DNA of 64,000 bases from an uncultured candidate division Zixibacteria bacterium (lineage in GTDB: Bacteria; Zixibacteria; MSB-5A5; GN15; FEB-12): contig CAWDXE010000001.1 in NCBI GenBank assembly GCA_963806185.1, positions 288,001 to 352,000 of the forward strand, written 5' to 3'. The notes under the pieces were generated by a model. The model had not been told where the DNA came from. It searched no databases and saw only the letters and a list, made by a program, of their open reading frames with translations. Below are positions 60,174-64,000 of this stretch, in pieces; the first letter of the stretch is position 1, and the number at the start of each line of letters is the position of its first letter. A program made the position numbers and the translations under genes.

Positions 60174-61166
60174 CTACCTCTTCAATGAGAAAGTATTCAG
60201 CGGCGGGAGCCCTGGTCCCTTTCCCGCCGAAGTGAGCCCTCCGCCCAAAACAGCCTCGGTTGCCGTCTTCACCTGCTCAGCGATTTGTACTGCATCGGCC
60301 TGATGAAGATCGACACTTGACATGGCTGTTCTGCGGAACTGCCCCACCAGTTCCTTGCTGTCTTCGTAATCGCCGCGTCGAACGGCGTCGCGAAGTTCGC
60401 GGTAAACAGAAGCGATCTCGGGAATCGCAAACCAGTTCGATTTCCGGCTGGCCGCCGCTATGGTGAAGACCATGTAGGGATATCGACCTACCGGCGCTCC
60501 CTTACTGTCGACCAGTCGGAAGTCGTGCGGCGTCACCTTCAATTTGGTGATGTCCACACTGTCTCTCGGGGCTCGCATGACCACGAACCAACCGGTCGAC
60601 AACGGCTTAAAAGCGGTCGCCAGTCCCACTTCAAGAGAGACGGCGTCATTCGTGCCCGACAGCGATTCGATTCCCTTTTTGAAGGGCTCAAAAAACGGGG
60701 CAATTGTGCTCAGGAACGAGACGCCGGCTTTGTCAGCAATCGACTGAAGAAGGGTAAGGAACGGCGCGGCCAGATCGGCTTCCTTCACTGAGAATAAACC
60801 CAGCTCGAGTTCAACACTCCCGCCGTTGTAGGCCACTTCCTCGAGCAGGGGGGCGTTGACCTGAATGACTCGATCCACATGGCTGTCATCCACTTTTTTC
60901 AATTCGTCCGGCGAAACAACGGTCGCGATCTCGGCGATACGACCGTCCAGGGTCGGCAGCGACACGTAACTCTGGGTCAGGCCGTAGAATTTGGTCCATC
61001 CACGTCGCACGTCACAAACGCGCATCGATTTCAGCGTGATGGAAAGATAATCGCTTCCCGACTGTACCGGAGTGCCGGAGACGGCATCCGGAACTTGCGA
61101 ACCTTGCAGTTGGGTATACACCCAATCTTTGGCGTCGTCACGCCAGATGTTTGTCCAGAGACTCAT
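60174..61166 (-). CDS. Hypothetical protein (beta-rich core, amphipathic central segment, helical C-terminus)
   Basis: Long ORF, AGGAG SD overlapping the upstream stop, co-oriented between two protease genes. Confidence 0.78.
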   Translation of the reverse strand: MSLWTNIWRDDAKDWVYTQLQGSQVPDAVSGTPVQSGSDYLSITLKSMRVCDVRRGWTKFYGLTQSYVSLPTLDGRIAEIATVVSPDELKKVDDSHVDRVIQVNAPLLEEVAYNGGSVELELGLFSVKEADLAAPFLTLLQSIADKAGVSFLSTIAPFFEPFKKGIESLSGTNDAVSLEVGLATAFKPLSTGWFVVMRAPRDSVDITKLKVTPHDFRLVDSKGAPVGRYPYMVFTIAAASRKSNWFAIPEIASVYRELRDAVRRGDYEDSKELVGQFRRTAMSSVDLHQADAVQIAEQVKTATEAVLGGGLTSAGKGPGLPPLNTFSLKR

Positions 61167-61177
61167 ATCCATTTCTC

Positions 61178-62362
61178 CTATCTTATGCCGTGAGCCTGAT
61201 ATACCGAATCGGCCCAAATCCACGATGAGTACTCAATAGGTTCATGCAGCGCCGTCCGTTCAAAGCAGAATCCGATGATCTTTCCATCATTGTTCCGCAA
61301 CGCCGCGCCGGAGTCTCCCGGAGATGTCACCGCGTTGGTGTAAATCCGCTTCTGGACTGTCGGTTGCCGCGACAGCAGCGCTTTGTCGGACCCCTGGACA
61401 TACGTGGAGGTCGCTCCTGAGGCGATACCCTCGAAGTGAACTTGGTCCGACGGAGGGACGAATTGTCCTCGTAACGGCATGGATGGCCCCGTGTGCCCCG
61501 GAGGCTTGCTCGGGTCAAATTCAACCAGACAACTGTCGCTAATGACGTCGTCAGAGACTACTGTGCCACGGTGACCGTTTGCGCCTCCAAGCGGCGTCAG
61601 GATCACTTGCGCTCCCTTCAGGGAATTTTGAAGATCGGTACTGATACCGTGCCGGCAGCAAGTGGCTACAAGTCTACCGTCCCCCAGTGGCTCGATGACC
61701 CCCAGGGTTGAGGCTGTACCCACCGCAGCGGCAGGCTCAACTCGCATTGCCGGAGTAGGAACGGAGGTGCCTATGGTACGAGGTTTGTGGAAGAATAAGA
61801 TGCCCATCGGGATTGTCCGAATGGCATCGCGCACCATGGTACTATTGAAGATCGAAAGCGCGCGGGACTCCGGCGCCAGCCGCTGAGGTCGTTCCCCGGC
61901 CCGCCAACGGGCGTTGTCCTCCGCCGACAAGAGGCCACTGTCACGCTGAAAGTTCTGGACGCCCAGCGAAATCTCAATTTCCGACAATGTGGCCGGGACC
62001 GCGACCACGGCCGGCGACAAGCGAGTTTCAGGCGGAGTGAGAACAACCAGGTCATACCGAAGGTGCCCACCCGTACGATGCGCCACGACAATGAGGTCGG
62101 GGCTGTCCTTCGCACCCAATGACAAATTGAGTTCGGCCAGCAGGCGAGCGAACCAGCGAGTGCTGACGATCGCGCCCCATGACAACGAGAGAAGCGTAGA
62201 TTCCGTGTGCGATTCCCTCCCTATGAGCGGGTACATGGTTCCGAAAGCTTCGGTAGCCCGGATGGTAAAGGGGTCCCTTGCCTCGCCGACCGAGGCCAGA
62301 TAGTTCGACGCCAGAGCTTCAAGAGATCGTGATCCGGTTGGTCCTTCTAATCGTATAGACAT
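61178..62362 (-). CDS. Cytoplasmic trypsin-like serine protease with unknown N-terminal domain
   Basis: STLG, ATCCRHG (His), SDSCLV (Asp), SPGDSGAAL (Ser), IIGF; no signal peptide. Confidence 0.78.
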   Translation of the reverse strand: MSIRLEGPTGSRSLEALASNYLASVGEARDPFTIRATEAFGTMYPLIGRESHTESTLLSLSWGAIVSTRWFARLLAELNLSLGAKDSPDLIVVAHRTGGHLRYDLVVLTPPETRLSPAVVAVPATLSEIEISLGVQNFQRDSGLLSAEDNARWRAGERPQRLAPESRALSIFNSTMVRDAIRTIPMGILFFHKPRTIGTSVPTPAMRVEPAAAVGTASTLGVIEPLGDGRLVATCCRHGISTDLQNSLKGAQVILTPLGGANGHRGTVVSDDVISDSCLVEFDPSKPPGHTGPSMPLRGQFVPPSDQVHFEGIASGATSTYVQGSDKALLSRQPTVQKRIYTNAVTSPGDSGAALRNNDGKIIGFCFERTALHEPIEYSSWIWADSVYQAHGIR

Positions 62363-62912
62363 GCTCGACAACGCTCCGTATTGAAGGTCGCTGTTCCGTA
62401 TTCTGACCCTCCCACGGGAAAATCAAATTCTCGTGTCAATGATGGGTTGGCGTCCCGACAGCGGAGGGCGACACTGGGGCAACCTGCACATTACCGTGCA
62501 GGCGCCGGGTCAAAGGAGATAATATGGTGAAGCACTGTCAAAACCGGGCAGTCTGGTGAACCCGGCTCCTCGAGATTATGTCTCGTCGGTCAAAAAATAG
62601 ATCGTGCAAGTCCATCGTTAGCAACGCCTTGAGAAAGGCATCGCCTTGACCGCTGGGGCAAGCCTCCACAGGGTGGATTTTCACACCGGCAAACCGACCC
62701 CACCACCCCCTCCCAATCTTGCCGCTTTCGTGCGGCGCGCAAGGAGCCGTTCCTGGGGACGCAGCGGCGGAGCGCACCAACCCGCTGACTTACCGTCAAC
62801 TCGGACTGTTTGGCCAATTTGCCGCAGCCGGGAACACGGTTCAGAGTTCGATTGTACTTCCCTAGTCAATTACATTATTTGACAACGTCCCAAGTGCAGG
62901 AATGATAATCGG

Positions 62913-64000
62913 ATGGCTGAAAGTACAATTCGCGCCCTTCGCGGAGGGGCCAGAGCGCTTCTTTACTATCCTCGCCGAGTCGGGTGGATCGATCTGTTAC
63001 TTTTCGGATTGTTCCTCGGCCTAGGCTACGGGATAATCAGCCTGGCACAGCGTTGGACCGGCGTCTTGCAGACAACGGCCGAAATTGACTTGTCCCTTTC
63101 AGCGCTGCCCAAGTATGCACTCTTCTCCCTTGCCAGGGGCTTGCTGGCGTACGTGCTCTCGCTCATTTTCACACTCGTGTACGGTTACTGGGCGGCTAAG
63201 GACCGAGTGGCCGGCCGCGTACTCATACCACTGCTGGACATTTTGCAGAGTGTTCCCGTGCTCGGTTTCATGCCGGGGCTGGTACTGGCATTGATCGCCC
63301 TCTTCCCGTCGTCCAACATCGGCCTCGAACTGGCGGCGGTGCTGATGATTTTTACCGGTCAAGTATGGAATATGACGTTCAGCTTCTACCATTCACTCTG
63401 CTCGATTCCGTCGGATCAGGAAGAAGTTGCCGCCCTATACCGGTTCAATCGGCGTCAACGATTGTGGTGGGTGGAACTACCGTACGCCACCATGGGATTG
63501 GTATGGAACAGCATGATGAGCATGGCCGGCGGCTGGTTCTTCCTGATGATCAGTGAAACGTTTGTCCTTGGCCAACACGATTTTCGCCTCCCGGGTATTG
63601 GGTCCTACATGAGTCTGGCCGTGGCCCGGGGAGACGCCTATGCCATGATCCTTGCCATCGTCACCATGATCATCATGATTGTCGCGCTCGACCAACTGCT
63701 CTGGCGGCCGGTCGTGGCCTGGGCGCAAAAATTCCGAATCGAAGAGGCAAGTCAGGAAATTGGTGTGAAGTCCTGGTTTTTGGACTGGCTGCATCATTCG
63801 CACATTCTCCCCTGGTTCGGGCGACGTCTGCGGGCCTTTCGATGGCCGTCAAAGGCGAACTGGCGAATTCGGGCTCGTGAGGCCACTTCGGTGTGGACTT
63901 CCAGTTCCGCTCGAATGTTCTCTATGACGGTCATGCTGGCGCTTGGCGTGTGCGGACTGGTGGGTGCATTCAAGATATGGAAACTGGTGAACCACGTCTC
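62913..64000 (+). CDS. NitT/TauT family ABC transporter permease, partial
   Basis: Hand translation from ATG 62913: IDLSLSALPKYALFSLARG..LIPLLDILQSVPVLGF..IFTGQVWNMTFSFYHS..WNSMMSMAGGWFFL; not in the ORF track because it runs off the edge. Confidence 0.88.
   Translation, partial: MAESTIRALRGGARALLYYPRRVGWIDLLLFGLFLGLGYGIISLAQRWTGVLQTTAEIDLSLSALPKYALFSLARGLLAYVLSLIFTLVYGYWAAKDRVAGRVLIPLLDILQSVPVLGFMPGLVLALIALFPSSNIGLELAAVLMIFTGQVWNMTFSFYHSLCSIPSDQEEVAALYRFNRRQRLWWVELPYATMGLVWNSMMSMAGGWFFLMISETFVLGQHDFRLPGIGSYMSLAVARGDAYAMILAIVTMIIMIVALDQLLWRPVVAWAQKFRIEEASQEIGVKSWFLDWLHHSHILPWFGRRLRAFRWPSKANWRIRAREATSVWTSSSARMFSMTVMLALGVCGLVGAFKIWKLVNHV

Noticed and set aside
60174..61166. Bacterial gasdermin call
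   Set aside because: Context fits, but no N-terminal Cys or gasdermin-like pattern is recognisable; left as unknown
62400..62880. ncRNA or mobile-element end upstream of the protease module
   Set aside because: Only short hairpins; no family-defining motif, terminal repeat or tRNA att copy

Overview
Bacterial chromosome segment. A C-terminal 'SQNYPNPFNP' sorting domain, a PorV-like barrel and a TPR-sigma54 activator suggest an FCB-group or Zixibacteria-like lineage (inference only). Ordinary content: LPS genes (hldD, lptF/lptG, GT4), OPT transporter, pepF, ferritin, ppgK-like kinase, SemiSWEET, acr3-arsR-arsC, amidohydrolases, three tRNAs. Two accessory loci lie next to tRNA 3' ends. (1) 24.2-33.3 kb, downstream of tRNA-Ser: an apparent RiPP cluster with a radical SAM/SPASM enzyme and three tandem Cys-rich precursor peptides sharing an M[KT]WxV[ET]P leader and a CxxYC motif (one, 40 aa, is missing from the ORF track). 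It also has two CPBP-like membrane proteins, an ABC-2 exporter and a Yip1 protein, and is preceded by a TPR-sigma54 activator, a small secreted-peptide gene, a -24/-12-like promoter and palindromic sites. (2) 58.3-62.4 kb, beside a tRNA-Lys pair: trypsin-like protease, unknown protein and alpha/beta-hydrolase-caspase fusion, resembling a protease-activated conflict or defence module. Also present: archaeal-type gatE-gatD, a serine protease with a stand-alone copy of its own N-terminal domain, REP-like repeats, and frameshifts that are probably assembly errors. All calls come from motif recognition by eye; no searches were run.
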